Origin: Octopus sinensis
Taxonomy: Eukaryota
Assembly (NCBI RefSeq): GCF_006345805.1
Contig: NC_043002.1
Location: forward strand, 19,468,001 to 19,532,000
DNA length: 64,000 nucleotides
Direction: 5' to 3'
Below, piece by piece: positions 62,832 through 64,000 of this stretch. Both the position numbers and the translations under genes were made by a program. The notes under the pieces are model-generated. The model did not search any database, was not told the DNA's origin, and saw only the letters and a list, made by a program, of their open reading frames with translations. Each line of letters begins with the position of its first letter. Position 1 is the first letter of the stretch.

Positions 62832-63752
62832 TAGTCATACCATAAATAATGCGGTCTTTTCAATTGCATAAACTAAAAGTCAGAGGGAGATGGAATAAAC
62901 TACCTGCATTGACTTGCTAAAAAGCAGGTAGTAATTTTACCTTGTCCTTATTCTTAGTGCAAGTTTTGAAGAGTGCAGTTTGATTTTAACAGTTTTTTTT
63001 CAAAGCTCTAATGGAAGTGACAAAGGAGCATATTTAGCATATTTTGCTTTATGAGTTCAATAATGGCAACAATGCTATGGAAACTGCAAGGAATATTAAT
63101 GCAGTATATGGGGATTAGACAGTAAGCAAAAGCCAGTATCAACAGTGATTCCAGAAATTCTGAGCTGGAAACTACAGCCTAGAAGACAAGCCTCATCCTG
63201 GAAGTTCTGTAGAGCTTGAAGTGGACGTCCTGCAAACTCTGATGGAACAAAATCCCATCGTAACCATTGAGGAACTAACAGAGAAACTTGGATTTGGTCA
63301 TTCAACCATTCATCGACACCTGCGTGCCATTGGAAAAGTCAGCAAATTGGGTCCTCACAAACTTTCTAAGTCTAATTGCACACAGAGAGTGAATGTGTGC
63401 TCTTCTTTGCTGTCACTTCTCATGAATGAACTATTTTTTGACTGAATAATGACTGGTGACGAGAAATGGATTCTCTATAAAAATATCAAGCACCAAAGAC
63501 AGTGGGTAGGGAAAGGAGAAACACCAGCATCCCAGGCTAAAGAAAGTCTTCACCCACATATGTTGTTGTTATCTGTTTGGTGGGATATGAAAGGTTTGGT
63601 CCACTTTGAACTTTTAAACCCAAACTAAATGATAACAAAGGAGATCTACTGTGAGTAACTCGAGCTGCTTAAGTCAGCACGAGAAGGAAAACGACTCTCT
63701 TTGGTTTCAAGATGAAAGGTGTTCTTCCATCAGGATAATGCTCTGCTACATA
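62832..63752 (+). mobile_element. Mariner transposase pseudogene (mellifera/cecropia-like), 3'-truncated, in the intron after exon K
   Basis: From ATG 63011: MEVTKEHI*HILLYEF...LEDKPHPG...KLG(WV deleted)PHKL...MTGDEKWILY...LSVWWDMKG...FFHQDNA, with 8 in-frame stops. Probable 5' TIR remnant ccataaataatgcgg at about 62840. Homology breaks after HQDNALLH. Confidence 0.9.
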
Positions 63753-64000
63753 TTCCAGCCATGACAATTTCAGCTTCTTTTGTCAAGCATTGTACACCTA
63801 GGACTCCAATGTGTCCATTTTTTTTTTTAAAGAAGATAGTATAGTTTGAAGGTGATTTGACTGCATTTTCTAACAGGTCAAGTAATCCTACAACATGCAG
63901 CAAGCTGTCAGGTTGAGAAAGTTGGTGCCACTTGATTGCAATGTTTCTGTATTTAACCAACTCCTAAACGTAGGTAGCTGTGTCAAATTCTAAATTTTAG

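Overview
AT-rich, microsatellite-dense animal genomic DNA. The repeat vocabulary (tRNA-headed SINEs, RTE/CR1/R4 LINE tails, Helitrons, mariners) and long introns suggest an octopod cephalopod; this is inference only. The ORF track is almost entirely repeat or microsatellite artefact. The one real gene is a + strand, intron-split SMP + C2-domain lipid-transfer gene of the extended-synaptotagmin/tricalbin type. I assembled 11 consecutive GT-AG exons by hand (27269-62177; 1237 nt, about 412 codons, all junction phases compatible, no stops). Its N-terminal exons and 3' exons were not found in the window. Everything else is intronic or intergenic and filled with decayed TEs: two mariners (irritans-like with TIRs, and a mellifera/cecropia-like fragment), a pogo fragment, a piggyBac-type MITE, Helitron fragments, R4/Dong, CR1 and RTE LINE remnants, and a Penelope-like GIY-YIG element. 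The most interesting signal is three unrelated hammerhead-ribozyme-like motifs. One sits in the loop of a 140-bp, about 98% identical inverted repeat. One lies downstream of a Penelope GIY-YIG ORF and a tRNA-like Pol III module. One is in a short CT-rich repeat.
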